Origin: Marsupella aquatica
Taxonomy: Eukaryota > Plantae > Marchantiophyta
DNA length: 64,000 nt
Assembly: GCA_973895155.1 (NCBI GenBank)
Contig: OZ316892.1
Span: forward strand, 13,084,238-13,148,237
Direction of reading: 5' to 3'
The notes beneath the pieces were generated by a model. The model saw nothing but the letters and a program-made list of their open reading frames with translations. It searched no databases and had not been told where the DNA came from. Positions within the stretch are counted from its first letter, which is position 1. Each line of letters begins with the position of its first letter. The position numbers were made by a program, and so were the translations under genes. Positions 1-13,499 of the stretch are shown one piece after another.

Positions 1-350
1 TAGTAGTAATATACAGCAGTAAAATAATGTCTTCCAATTCTGCACAGCTTGGCGATGCATGAACCACCGGAGCAGAGAGCATCCACTATTAGTAATATAC
101 AGCACTGAATAATGTATTCCAATTCTGCACAGCTTGGCGATGCATGAACCACCGGAGCATCTACTAGTAGTAGAATAGAGCAGTGAGTAATGGGTTTCAA
201 TTCTGCATAGCTTGGCCATGGAAGGACCACTAGAGCATCCGTCTACTAGTAGAGCAATGACCGGCTTCACACTCTGCACCAGGCATGGGAGAGCCACAAG
301 AGCATCTACAGGTAGAGCAATGACTGGCTTCCAAATTCCAATCCTGCAAA
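1..350. repeat. Degenerate tandem repeat (~60-85 bp units)
   Basis: The motif AATTCTGCACAGCTTGGCGATGCATGAACCACCGGAGCA occurs at ~36 and ~121, with decaying copies at ~199, ~270 and ~300. Confidence 0.7.
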
Positions 351-3300
351 TGCATGCATGAACAGGAGTCCATTGAGTCACGCACAATGGAGAGTCTCGA
401 CAGACTAGTCTTCCTTCTTGGGAGGATGCAGTATATGCTTTTTGGCTGGCGAGGATACAAACAATCGGGAAGGGGAGGCTCGACCAGTTTCGAGAGAATA
501 GTATATACGGCGTGGGTTTCGGGGGTGATGCCCAGTGCAATAGAGTGCTTTTATTAAAACATAAATTTAAACTCAGAAGGTGATATGAAAGGAAATTGGA
601 ATTTTATAATTGAAGGGTTGGGGTTTTGGGCCCTATAAGCTTGGACTAAATCTTACATCCCAAACCTTTTGCTCATATTTGATTCCTACGCTTCCGTGAG
701 ATCTATTCAAATGTGTACTCTATTCAAACGTGTACTTTCACCAGGATCAGAGATTTTGCATGAGATCTATTAAACCTTGGATTTTCACTAGCTAGGATAG
801 GCCTGATTAAGAGTAAAAAAAGTGGATGTCTATACAAGTAGAATTTTGGGATCTCATTCGAGCTCAACGGTTTGGATGCAGATCTCATATGAGCTTATGG
901 CTCTGATGTTTGGCTTATCGTTTCTCTTGTGTCCCCTTTTGTGTCCTTGGGCAAGGAAAATGCGCCTCCAGTAGCCAACATGTAATAGGTTCAGAGCATA
1001 TTAGAACTGCCTAGGATTTGCACCTTGCCACCCGCTACCAAAAAGGGAAACATACAGAAAAGGTGGGGAAGAGCACAAGGTGTGCATGGGGTTAGGGAGT
1101 GTGGATGGGGGATGGAGGAAAGCATCAAACGAAACATATTACCGTGCTTGATCCCCTAGTTTTTGGTAACGCTGCACAACAACAATTCAGAAAGGATTTT
1201 GCAGAGTAAAACATCAATGTGAATCATCAATCATCTTTTGCAGAGTAGCATCTTACTCTGTGAATCATCTTACAAAAGAAAGAGGTGTGAACTTTAATGC
1301 AATTGACTGTTTGGTTTGAAAATTTTGGGGATTGGTTCAACTATTTAGAAAACCTCTTGAGAATTCATTAGCGCATGTTTACAGGCATAGTGTCAACAAG
1401 CACTATGGTACAATGACCAGCCAAATGACAAGGAAGTACAAAACTGACTGCAATGTAGTCCTATGATAATTGAGCAAGCTCTTCATGTGATAAAACGGGT
1501 GAGGGGTTCTGAGGGATCTTTGGATATGGCAGTCCAGCCTGGCAGTCAAGGAGCCATGTGCCACAACTGTGCGATTGGCTGATATTTACACGTGCACTGC
1601 TCAGGCGTTGACTAGTTCTCGTTTCATTCTTCATCAAAATTCTCAAAACAAAGACATGCCAACATTGAGTGTATCAAACAACAGCTGATTACCATAGACC
1701 TACTTCAGGACACATTGAGTCACCATCAAGTCAACGACATCACTAATAGTCCAAGCTAAAGCTCACTTCATTGGACATTGAAAAAAGTTAGATTATTTGC
1801 TACAGTATATGTCAATGGTTACTGAACAAGCAAGAGGGGGAGCAAGAGTCCTTTTGTACTTGTTAGCAACTGGTTATTGTGGGACCAATTGGAGAGACTT
1901 GAAAACCTGTAAAATCCGAGAAAATCCAGGTCACCCCCTAACTGTCAGTCAATTGATAATATCAATCAATGGTGCATGTGTTGTGCTGTATTTAAAGCTT
2001 CATTCATGTGACAATCTAAGTGAACTATCCACCTTTCAGGCTTAGCTATTGTGGGGTTTGTAGTTCCTAAAGTCAAACAACACTTTTGTGCAAACTTTGG
2101 GGTTGGGCACCCATTATCAAGAGTGAACTTGGGAAAATGAAGTTTAAGTCCTCAAGACAATTCATATTGAGTCCAGATAGTTGCACATCAAAGTCACCAA
2201 CCACATAAGTAAAAGAAACACCACTCAGACTTCTAAGAGAACAATTGTTTTTGTCCTATTAAGGGAAAATTTTGACACTGGTATGTGGCCAATCAACCTG
2301 TCAGTATCTTGTTTTTCTATGATTTTCTGTTCTGTATTTTTATCTTAATGTGCCATAACAAGGTGCATCACTTGTATTGTTTAGATTCTAAATTATTTAT
2401 GCACTAAGTCTTCTCTTAATTTTAATCCTGTTATTTTAGAGCTCTGGTTCCCATTGCCTTTAGGTTCTATACAAAACATCCAACCACTTCAGAGATTTAA
2501 GTGAATTTCTGCTATGGAGAAAGATTCTATCTACTCTTGTGAAAGAGAGAAATGGTACTAAGGAGTATGGACACCTCATGTTTTAAGTTCTCCTGATACT
2601 TTTTCTTCCTTAGTTTATGGTTTTTATTGTCAGTACCTAAGGCAAGTGTGTATCTTCTGTACCTCATATGTACACAACCTCTGAAGGTCACTAGGGCAAG
2701 CCAGAATTATGTCCCTTATTATGTGCACAACTTTTCAAGATTTATGCACTTGTACTATTACTTCCATTATGTGTAATGTATTTTTCTTTGGCATGTGCTG
2801 TACTTTGTATTTTACCCCACTCAATGTTATCAAATACTATCCAATAGCCATTACACATCATTACAAAGACAAAAAAAAAATGAAACATCATGGATTAACA
2901 TGCTATATAGAAATTTTTTAAGTTAGAGAGGATTGACAGACAGAAGGAATCCCATCAATCACCATGCTATATGGATGTTGATCCTTTATTTCAAAGATAG
3001 GGAGAAAGCGTTCTCAGGGTTTATGCTAGCAACCAAGTTTTCCATGTGCATATCTCTACACCACAAGCTTAGCTGTTAATTCACAAACACAAACAGAGTG
3101 CCCAAATTAGTTTGTGTATCCTCTACTTATGTATGCTTTTAATAATTGTCAACCTAGTACATGTTTACCTATTTTTGTTAATTTTCAGGTCTAGAAATAC
3201 AATGAACAGTCAACATTTACATCAAAATGCTCATAAATTCTTGAATTTGCATCACAAAATTATTTTGATGTTCCATAAGCACTCTGAAATATGTTGTAAG

Positions 3301-3374
3301 TCGGGGTGGTATAAAATTTTACTAATAAAGCTTGATCAAAACCTACTATTCAGGGCTACTTTGTAGAAGGAAGA

Positions 3375-3550
3375 CTCTAGACCGTGACTCTCATGGGATA
3401 ACTGAAAGTGCATACAAAAAACAAGGATGGGAGCAAAGATGAACAGGAAATAGTAAAGAAAGTTTTGTGCTGGATCTTTTGTTTCATCTATGTTTGCGTT
3501 CAAGGAATGGGTCAGGCTAGTCTTTCACACATATTTATTTGAGTGACCCA
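3375..3550 (+). mobile_element. Dispersed repeat family A (non-autonomous DNA-TE-like), copy 1
   Basis: CTAGACCGTGA...ACTGAAAGTGCA...AAAAAACAA(G/A)GATG...TCATCTAT(G/A)TTTGCGTTCAAGGAA...AGGCTAG is shared with 6163-6325 and, in reverse orientation, with 33545-33780. Confidence 0.6.
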
Positions 3551-3655
3551 CTTTAGTGTTATCCTGGATTTTGCAAAAACTAATTAGATATTATAGTTTT
3601 ATATCACACTGACTAAAGGAATACATTAGAGTGCTATGAAAAATGGAACTCAAAA

Positions 3656-3781
3656 GAAATTTAAGATTGCAAGGTTCAGTTTAGCTAAGCTTTTGTTGAG
3701 CTACTATTGTGGGTCACCCAAGGTGCATATGTGGAGAATGCACTTTTAGCCAAACTAAATAGAAACTTGCAACCCTAAATT
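3656..3781. mobile_element. Small MITE-like foldback
   Basis: Imperfect ~34-bp terminal inverted repeats: AATTTAAGATTGCAAGGTTCAGTTTAGCTAAGCT vs the reverse complement of the right end, AATTTAGGGTTGCAAGTTTCTATTTAGTTTGGCT. Confidence 0.45.
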
Positions 3782-4959
3782 ACTTCCCCCTGCTTACCCA
3801 CCTTAACTTCCATCCATTTTCTTTCTTTCTTTGGTCCCCAAATCCTGACTTACTTTTTCCTTTTTTGATTTCCTCCAATCTCTTTCATTTGATTGGTTTG
3901 ATGGGGTCATCAGAATGTTTTGGGACATCCATTACTATATTCAATTTATATAGTAAGCATATCACCAAGCTAGTGCTAAAATTGATGCATCTTAGGATGC
4001 TAGCATACCTCAGTACTAAAACCCCATAAGAACAATTGACTAATTTAAAGTACTGCCGGTGTAAGTGCACACTGTCATCTTTGATTATCAATATTTGATC
4101 TCATTCATCAATCTAAGAAATTTGATGGTATGGATCTTTTCTTGTGACCATTGTTCCCGCCATTGTTCATTGACATCCACAGTACTCTTTGTTGGCCAAT
4201 GATTGATCAAATGTCTCAATCAGGGCGTCAATCAATTGGATCTAATGGGCTAGAGTTAGTCATTGTTATTTTCAGTCATATAAATAAATATAAATATAAG
4301 TAATTGTACATAAAACAGTTCCAGGAGGTGATGTTTTTGCCCACACTCTTTGTTATTTAGCGTGTTAATTTTTGATCTTCTTAAGTTTTCCAAGTTTAAC
4401 CATTTTTGCTACCATCTCGACAAAAATGGTTGTGTTTATTTGTCATTGCAAACATCACTATTTATGGATCCCCATTGGCAGTTCCTTCCAAATTTCCTGG
4501 ATGCACGTGCAACCACATCAGCATGATTTGTCACAAACACAAACCATTAGTTATGCAAGAAGAACCAAAATTTGACTATTTGTGTTTGAGACAAGGCAAA
4601 GAAAAACAATTCGACCATGTAACTGTAAAACAAGTGGAAAACTAAAAAATAACATTTCAAGTAAACAAAGAAAGGGGTAAAATAGGGGTGAAAAGAAAAT
4701 AATCTTTGGATGAGTTGTGATTGATACATCAGTGTTTTATGGTAATCGGTTTCAATTTTCTATTTAATTTACACATTTTGGAAATAGTGACAAGTAGGAA
4801 TAAACTCTTCAACTACTCTAACATTTACCAAGGTAGCATAAGAAACCCAAGAAACTTTTCAACTTCTCTAATTTACTAAGGTAACTTAAGTAACCTTTTT
4901 GGTTAACTATGGATAGAGTACTAACAAGCAAAGATAAGAAACACCATAACTACTATGGG

Positions 4960-5225
4960 TAAATGAATACCAAGGGACTCTAAGACCTTTCAATTACTAT
5001 GGACAAAGTAATATTTTGCATGAACTATATAGAATGTTACATGTACGTATAGACATGAAGGTACTAAGGAAAACATTTTGCATGGAGAATTACCCTCCAT
5101 ATTACCATGAATGTACTTCTATGTGCCTTCAATGAAATTGTGCTAACTACCTTCTAAATTCATTTCATTTAAAGTCCTCCATTTAATTTTTGTCCTCTCA
5201 TTTATCTATTCCAATGTGCAACTCT
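4960..5225 (+). repeat. Dispersed repeat family B, copy 1 (copy 2 at ~36770-37055)
   Basis: Shared blocks in the same order: TACTATGGACAAAG, TTCAATGAA(A/G)TTG, CTAACTACCTT, CCATTTAAT(T/C)TTTGTCCTCTCAT, TATTCCAAT(G/A)TGCAACT. Confidence 0.6.
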
Positions 5226-6019
5226 TTGTAGCTCCAAATAGTTTAATAAAACAAGCTTACATAACCACCGGGTCCTCTAACTAATTTTTTTTCTCACTTT
5301 TCAGTCCCTGTCCAAGTCTTCTACGCCAGCTTATTTCACTATTTCAAAAGAATGATTCTAGTTTTTGAAAGTTCTGGTAGTACCGGAACTTGCTGGTGGA
5401 CACTGATGGTTAAATTGTGAAGTTGGTTGGCATTGTTAAAAAAGATCCATGTTGAGAAGGACACTCACTAGAATGTCAACATAAGAACCTTTTGGACACT
5501 TCCCCTGTCATCTAGTGCCAGTGGAGGTTTAAGCCCAGATACAGTTCACTATATGGTGTTCTAAGTTCTTAAGTTCAAGGTTACCTGGGTGAACTTCCAG
5601 CCCAGGCTGCTTTTGAATCCAGATTTGACACCCCTTCTTATGGCTGAAGGTTTATCACTCATTGGCTAAGATTAATGAAATGTTGACAGCCTCTACCATA
5701 GTGCTGGGTGACACCGCACAAAAATGCAAGCAAGTCCTTTCCGAGCAGCATTTTGCAAAAGCTTTTGAGCCATGCACTTTATGTGGGGAAATAAATAAAA
5801 TGCTTTCACTTGGTAAGATGTATGAAAAATTGATGCTACAATACAAATGAATATAAACTTCAATGCAATTGTGCATTTGGTTGGAATTTGCTAGATTTGA
5901 CTCTGTGAGATGTGGAGAAGTGATCTTTTAATCTGACTAATAAAGCACAATCCAAGCAGCCTTGTCTTGAGCACAAAGCTAACTATTCTTTTGCCTTTTA
6001 CTAAAGAATACCGTGTACG

Positions 6020-6170
6020 CGACATGAATGTGGCTTACACGAATAAAGCACAATCTAAACTACTCTGTGGGCCTACTGAGTGAAGCTTCTAGACCGACAT
6101 GAACGCGGCTTACACAAATAAAGCACAATCTAAACTACTCTGTCGGCCTACTGAGTGAAGCTTCTAGACC
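6020..6170. repeat. Direct duplication, ~76 bp x2
   Basis: CGACATGAA..GGCTTACAC.AATAAAGCACAATCTAAACTACTCTGT.GGCCTACTGAGTGAAGCTTCTAGACC occurs twice. Confidence 0.85.
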
Positions 6171-6325
6171 GTGATCTAAACTGAGAGCACAACTGAAACT
6201 GAAAGTGCAAATAAAAAACAAAGATGAGACAAAATGAACACTAAATAGAAAGGAATGTTTGTTTATGCAAGGATTTTTTCCTCCTCATCTATATTTGCGT
6301 TCAAGGAACAAGTAATAGGCTAGCA
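6163..6325 (+). mobile_element. Dispersed repeat family A, copy 2
   Basis: Colinear similarity to 3375-3550. Confidence 0.6.
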
Positions 6326-6384
6326 CCATGAAATATGAACATTTTGCTTTGGGTAGATGAGTGTTTAGACTACCTCCTGTAAAA

Positions 6385-6982
6385 GTGAACTGCGCGCACT
6401 TGCTGTGTCTCAGCACTATGGTAATGTAACCGAGTCTCCACTGAAGTGTTCTGGATAGCCCACTATAAGTTGAACTGTGCAGTTTGCTGTGTCTCTGCAC
6501 TATGGTAGACAGTGTAACCGAGTCTCTACGAAAGTGTTCTGGATAGTCCACTATAAGTTGCACTGCGCAGTTTGCTGTGTCCTCAGCACTATGGTAGTGT
6601 AACTGAGTCTCCACGAAAGTGTTCTGGATAGCCCACAATAAGTTGAACTGTGCAGTTTGTTGTGTCTCAGCACTATTGTAGTGTAATCGAGTCTCCACGA
6701 AAGTGTTCTGGACATTCCACTATAAGTTGGACTGCGCAGTTGGGTGTGTCTCAGCACTACGGTAATGTAACTGAGTCTCCACGAAAGTGTTCTGGATAGC
6801 CCACTATAAGTTGAACTGCGCAGTTTGTTGTGTCTCAGCTCTATTGTAGTGTAACCGAGTCTCCACGAAAATGTGTTCTGGATAGTCCACTATAAGCTGA
6901 ACTGCGCACTTGGGTGTGTCTCAGCACTATGGTAATGTAACTGAGTCTCCACGAAAGTGTTCTGGATGGCCCACTATAAGTT
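6385..6982. repeat. Minisatellite, 7 x ~84 bp, upstream of XPD
   Basis: Unit GTTGAACTGCGCAGTTTG(C/T)TGTGTCTCAGCACTATGGTAGTGTAACCGAGTCTCCACGAAAGTGTTCTGGATAGCCCACTATAA repeated head-to-tail with no unique spacers. Confidence 0.95.
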
Positions 6983-7647
6983 CCTTTGTTTAAATGAAGA
7001 ACTGACACCCTCTAATGTAAGCGAGTTTCCTGGAAAGCGTTTTGGAGAAGCCACTTTCAATTTCTTTGTTTCTCTGGGTACCAATCGCTATTTCTCCATG
7101 ATGGACTGAATTCAATCTGCAACCTGCACTTCTCAACTCAAAATCTATTTCGGCATCTAGCCCGGAATGAACTATACTTTCATGTCAGAATTTGTCAAAT
7201 GCAACACTCTGTTCCACAGAGCTCGGTGTTTTCTCATTTTGCCCATCATCTAAGGCACCTTGAAATTGTCCAGCCGATATGCAATTGTTCGATCTTCGAA
7301 CTTCACAAGAAATTTTACCATCGCCGTTGATGCAAAAAAATTAATGGACACAATGTGCGACTTTGAGGAGAGGAGTGGCCTTTGATCAAAGTGCGATGAT
7401 GTGGCTGCGTTTCAAGACTGGTCTCAAACCTGCACAGACCTCAGAGAGGTTTGGAGTGTGGTTTCGAAATTCTTCCATCTAAAATACCGCTCCGACCCTG
7501 TAACCTTTATGTTCTCTCAGTTGTAGGGTTCCAATTTTTAAGCCCTGAACCTGTCCGTCCGCTCTCTCTGTGGATGAGTTTCATCTATCGATAGCTCAGT
7601 TCATCTTGAGGGTTCATCCCCTTGTTCTTCATTTGCGTGGATTCAAC

Positions 7648-10600
7648 ATGAAGTTTAAGCTGGAGGGCTTGACAGTTTACTTCCCCTATGAATACATCTA
7701 TCCGGAGCAGTACGAGTACATGCTAGAGCTGAAGAGGACCTTGGATACCAAAGGACATTGTTTACTGGAAATGCCGACCGGAACTGGCAAAACCATCACT
7801 CTTCTGTCTCTCATCACCAGCTATCAGATGGCCAATTCGTGTGGCAAACTGATTTACTGCACTCGAACTGTCCACGAAATGGAAAAGGTGCTGGATGAGC
7901 TTCGAAGACTCCATGAATACCAGGAGAAGGAAGTGGGAAAGGCACAGGCGAAAATCATGGCGTTGGGTTTGAGCTCTCGGAAGAATTTGTGCATACATTC
8001 AGAAGTGAGTGGAGAAGGTTCACGAGAGAGCGTGGATGCCGGGTGTCGAAAGCTCACAGCTTCTTGGGTTAGGGCAGCCGCCGTGGATAATCCTAATCTG
8101 AACCTCTGCCAATATTATGAGGGCTATGAGAAGAAGGGGGCAGACGCCATTCTACCGTCCGGAGTTTACAGTCTGCACGATCTAAGGATTTTTGGAAGGG
8201 AAAAAAGTTGGTGTCCGTACTTTTTAGCCCGCCACATGATCCAGTTCGCCAATGTGGTGGTATATAACTATCAGTACCTGTTGGACCCCAAAGTATCTGG
8301 AATTATATCCAAGGAGATGGAGAAAGAGTGCATAGTAGTGTTCGATGAGGCCCACAACATTGACAACGTTTGCATCGAAGCCCTCAGTGTCAATATTCGA
8401 CAGCAAACGCTGGATGGTGCAACTCGAAACCTCAGCAAAATCTCTCAGGTCATTGAGAAGTGAGTCCAAAACTAGACTTAAGCCTGTCAAGTCTGCGATT
8501 TGAACTGTTCATTTTGTGGGAAAACAAGACTTCTTTTTGCTTGGTCTGAATCAACGTATGTTTTATGGATTGCGTAATCTGATAATTGGAAATTCTAGGC
8601 TTCACACACATTACGTACAAAACCTTTCAGAAAGGGCTTTCGAAATGCTCACCGTAATAGCTGTTACTGATACTCAAGACTGACATGATATTTGTGGAAG
8701 TTACCTTGGTATTAAATGTAGTGATGTGGGTAATGCTTGGCAAGGTTCGAAGCAACGGATGCCAACCGGCTAAGGCAAGAGTATAACAGGTTGGTGGAAG
8801 GCCTAGCATTACGGGGCAATTTGCCTGGTATTTATCCCTCCTCAGCCGTCAGTTGTCACCACCATTTCAATGATAGGGTGTCGAGGGGGTACTTCATGTC
8901 ATGTACCACAGGCCACCCCATTAAGAACTAGAATGTTTTTATTGCTTTACAAATGATTGCTCATGTTACAACATAGTAATTGGCTGTGCAGTAGTGCTGA
9001 CGAGAGAATATCACATCTTGGATCTGTGCAGCCCCTGATGCGTGGCTTGCCAATCCGGCTTTACCTGATGACATCCTCAAAGAAGCGGTTCCCGGGAACA
9101 TAAGACGCGCGAAGCATTTTGTGGCATTTCTAAAGAGAATTGTGCAATATATTAAAGGTCGTTTACAGACTGAGCAAGTGGAAAGTCAAGGTCCTCTTTC
9201 TTTCTTGACTGCACTGAACAAGGAATGTAGCATTGATCAGAAGACATTGAAATTTTGTTACGATCGCTTGCATTCTTTGTTACTGACCTTGGAGATCACG
9301 GATACCGATGAGTTTATGCATATACAAACTATATGCGACTTTGCCACACTGGTGGGGACGTACACTCGAGGCTTCTCCATTATAATTGAGCCCTTTGACG
9401 AGCGTATGCCCCACATCCCTGATCCAATTTTACAGGTAAATATTATGCTGGTTGTGTGCACTCCTACGTGCTCCCGACTTCACAGTGGTTTATGTACTGC
9501 TCTATCTAGTGCCATGGTTTATGTACTTGCATGTGGTAGTCTCACTGTGATTGCTTGCACTGGGGTTTCTGGTTCTGTACGTCTGTACAGAATCCAGTTG
9601 TTTTTGTTGAGGCTGATACTGTCTGGACTCTTTCAGTGTCTCAGGTTGTCTTAGTTGAGGCATGTACTGTAGGTACCTTGCAAAAATCCTGATTTTGTTT
9701 CTTACTGATTGTGGTGGCAGCTAAGCTGTTTGGATGCATCCTTGGCAATAAAGCCAGTTTTCGAGCGTTTTCAGACCGTCGTTATCACCTCTGGAACATT
9801 GAGTCCACTTGACCTGTATCCCCGCCTCCTGAACTTCCATCCAGTCATCTCTAAAAGCTTCACAATGACATTGACGAGAGATTGTCTCTGCCCTATGGTT
9901 CTCACCAGGGGAAGGTAAACTTTTTGAGGAGCTAGTTCTCATCCGCTTGCGCATACAGTCTTGGCTAACAGAAAAAGGAGCCATTTGATCGTCAGTTTAA
10001 CGAATTTATTCATAAATCCTTCTTTTGACTTAACTAATCTCCTTCGTTTCATCCTGCTGCTTGTAGTGACCAGCTTCCTGTGAGCACCAAATTTGACATG
10101 AGAAGTGACCCTGGAGTTGTAAGAAATTACGGACGGTTACTACTTGAAATGGTGATGGCCGTTCCAGATGGTGTTGTCTGCTTTTTCGTAAGTTACTCGT
10201 ACATGGATGGCATAGTCAACAGCTGGAATGAGATGGGTATTCTTCAGGTGATGCTCCTCCCACTGTTACATTGCAATTCTGCAACAGAACGAATTAGGGT
10301 TGTGCGTCATTGATGAAGCCATCAATGGATTTATATACTCTGAGCATTAGGCAGGTCGTTGCTATGCGTTAAAAGCATTGTGATTTCTGTGAGTTAATGA
10401 TTTTCCTGCGCTACTTTAACAGGAGGTAATGCAACACAAACTGGTCTTTATAGAGACACAGGACGTGGTGGAGACGACATTGGCCCTCGATAATTATCGT
10501 AGAGCGTGTGACTGTGGTCGTGGTGCTGTTTTCTTTTCTGTTGCGAGGTGAGGTTTCTAAACATCACCTGCACATCACAGAACGGCTTGACTCAAGAGCA

Positions 10601-12294
10601 GGCAGTCTATGAAGGTCCTGATTAGGTCCCTCATCCGTGATTTTGGTACTACATGCTGTTTGCCTTAAAACAGGTGCACTCAATTGACGGCCTTAAAAAC
10701 TGCATCACTATCAGCATAGCTCAATGGTTTTCAGAGACATACAGTCCACAAGCTAAGAAGTTGAAATTCAAAATTGTGGTATGTAAAGGGGAAAGGTTGC
10801 AGAGGGGATTGATTTTGACCGGCATTATGGGAGGCTTGTCATTATGTACGGAGTGCCTTTTCAGTACACGCTCAGCAGGTTGGTTGCTTTTTCAGTTGAC
10901 CAGAGACTAACAGTTCTTTGCAAGCATGTGAGCATTGTGAACTCCTTACAATATCTAGTACATTGGTTAACAGTGGAGATTAAGAGTGTGTACAACCCTT
11001 TGCTTAAAATTATTATCCAAGAAGAGGAGTGTGCTTTGCACCTATATCCACGTTCATAGTCTTGAGAAGATGTTTTGCATCTATTCCTGCTCAAGTGCAG
11101 CCTGTCATGGGCTAGATTATGCTAGTTATGCTGGAGAGTTGGGTGTTTACTGTTTCAAGGTTTTACTGAGAACTGGTGTCTTGTCTAAGGATCCTCCGAG
11201 CTCGCCTGGAATATTTAAGGGAAACATTTCAAATCAAGGAAAATGATTTTCTCACATTTGATGCTGTGGTATGGTCCCCTTCACCATACATCACATCGAT
11301 TTTAACAAGTGATTCTGAATTGCCGATTAGCAGCAAGTTTCCCAAGAGAAGTTGACGATACACTTTTCTCTCGAACTTGGTTATTTGAATCGCTCTGTAT
11401 GCTTTGGGTCTGGTCTACAACATTTTGGCAGTGAATTTCTTGATTTCACGTATTATTTGGGGTCTGTTGATCTGGCAGAGACAAGCCGCTCAGTGTGTTG
11501 GACGTGTCATTCGCTCTAAAGCAGATTATGGAATGATGATTTTTGCTGATAAGCGGTACAATTTCTCTACTTTGGGTTGTTAAAGGAGAATCATGTCATG
11601 GTTTTAATTTTGTTTGAAATTTGATTCTGTTCAGTCATCTGGCTTGTAGGAAATTGTTCAGAACTATAGAGAGGCAATATTATTGAGGAGTTTCTCTTTT
11701 GTTAGTCTCCGTTCTCCCCTCAGTGCTTCGGTATGCAAAGCAAGACTGATGGTTATCTTTATGAATGAATGACGAAGATACAATCGGCATGACAAACGGT
11801 CAAAGCTCCCTGCTTGGATTCTCTCACATTTGCAAGATGCACATTTGAATCTGAGTACCGATATGTCTCTTCATATAGCCAGAGAGGTATATGATCGTTA
11901 CTTCTTTTGTAATTGTTGGATTTATATAAATATGGAGCTTTGCTTAAGTCTTTGGGATTTGGGGGAATTTTTGTTTCCTGGGTGAAATGTTTGCAGAGTG
12001 AATGACCTCCTATGTATCATAGTTTACAGTTGTTTACGTTATGCTCAGGAAAATTTCTGCAAAACAGCAAGCCAAGATTTTCTTCCCTGGTTTCTTTGTT
12101 TCTTTGAATATCCTTATACTCATGTACTCTTGTGGGTGTGCAAGCGAGATTTGAGTTTGCTCAGCTGATTAACTATGTATGTGGAACAGTTTTTGAGGCG
12201 AATGGCACAGCCATATGACAAGCTGGGAAATGGTATCACTGCTACTCTGCTGTCACAAGCCGATTTGGAAAGAATGGAACAAACGGAGAGCTAA
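7648..12294 (+). CDS. XPD: TFIIH DNA helicase XPD/ERCC2 (plant UVH6), 11 exons
   Basis: Starts [22 protein letters not shown]; Walker [10 protein letters not shown]; Fe-S cysteines (NLCIH, AGCRK, LCQYY, WCPY); DEAHNID; TSGTLSP; [10 protein letters not shown]; [14 protein letters not shown]. Exons: 7648-8459, 8745-8827, 9032-9435, 9721-9914, 10067-10247, 10423-10547, 10789-10877, 11190-11268, 11479-11555, 11778-11886, 12190-12294. Confidence 0.97.
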
Positions 12295-13499
12295 CCCATC
12301 ATCTGCATGTCTATGCATGGCTGCAAGATACAGTTCACAATGGCGTGTTACAGTTTCCTGTAGAAGGTGAGAAACGTCTCCGACAGCATTCCTATATGCA
12401 ATCTCCAGCTCTTTGGTTCCTCTTTCGTTCGTATTTTATTGCGTTCTTTTAGAAGCTGAATTATTGATTGTGTATGAGTCCCTATTACAGTCAGGTTGGA
12501 CAGGATTCTGTTGGCACGTCTGCACATTTCTCAATTACATATATGTTCAACATGCTGTCGATCGTCAGATTTTCTGTACTCTCGCTGACCATTGTGCATG
12601 ACCAGGTGACTTCATGACAGTTATCAGCTGATGCTTGGAGGTCTTCCAGAGAGGCCATTGAGACTTAATCTGGGGCAGGACCAACCAATGTATTCTCTCA
12701 TTACATTGTTGGGATAAAATCAGTTTCTCAAAATGTTTCTACGCATGTTGGTAGTACGTATGACAGCGATTCCTTTTCCATTTAAGATCAGATACTATTC
12801 ATTCTTGTCTGGTCCAGAAGTGCTTCCTCCAAACATCTTTGCGGTGGAATAGGATGGCAATCCAAGCGATTATTCTGTGTCACTGTGAACCCTCCACTTT
12901 AGGTACGGGGCAATTTATGTTCACTTTCCCAGTTTGTGGATGGGAATTGAGCCGTAGTTCGTTCTGTGCTCGCCAAAGAGTTGGGTGGCAACCCATCCAA
13001 TTTGTGCATTCAATCCAGGTCCATGTCAAGTCAATAAATTCCTCTAAATTATGTAATATGTCATGGGTTGTTAACATGATGCTGATTCCAAGCCGGGTCG
13101 CAATAACTTTGGGAGCGTAAGCTTTCATTGCATGGATCGGAATGTCTGCCAGCCTCTATATTCATGGCGGACAAAGCTGACGTCAGTGTTAATCATCTTT
13201 AATTAAACAATATACACAAATTGTTCGTCTCATCATATATTACAAAGCAATGTTTTGTTGCAATATCAATGTTCTGGAATCAAAGAGGCATCCAAGGACA
13301 TAAACTACCGAGCTCTTCAGAAATGATTTCATTGCAAATTTGAGAAAATGCTTGGAAATTGAAGCCCAGATGCCCTCGATGTTTGCTTGGATTGACTTTG
13401 CAACTGGGATGGACTGCAATAAAACGCTCTTTTCTGCTCAGATGATACATAGGAGAGTGAAATGTGATAGAAAACAAGACAGTCACCTTTGTAGATTTG

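Noticed and set aside
1290-2350. Possible copia RNase H end (LFRKPLE) with PPT/LTR
   Set aside because: The motif is too short and LTR boundaries could not be defined; not listed as a feature.
6385-6982. CRISPR-like regular array (also 28214-28497 and 30188-30466)
   Set aside because: Units repeat over their whole length with no unique spacers, there are no cas genes, and the context is eukaryotic; these are minisatellites.
7570-7647. N-terminal extension of XPD in the ORF track
   Set aside because: Homology begins at MKF (ATG 7648); the upstream in-frame stretch is probably leader or intron.
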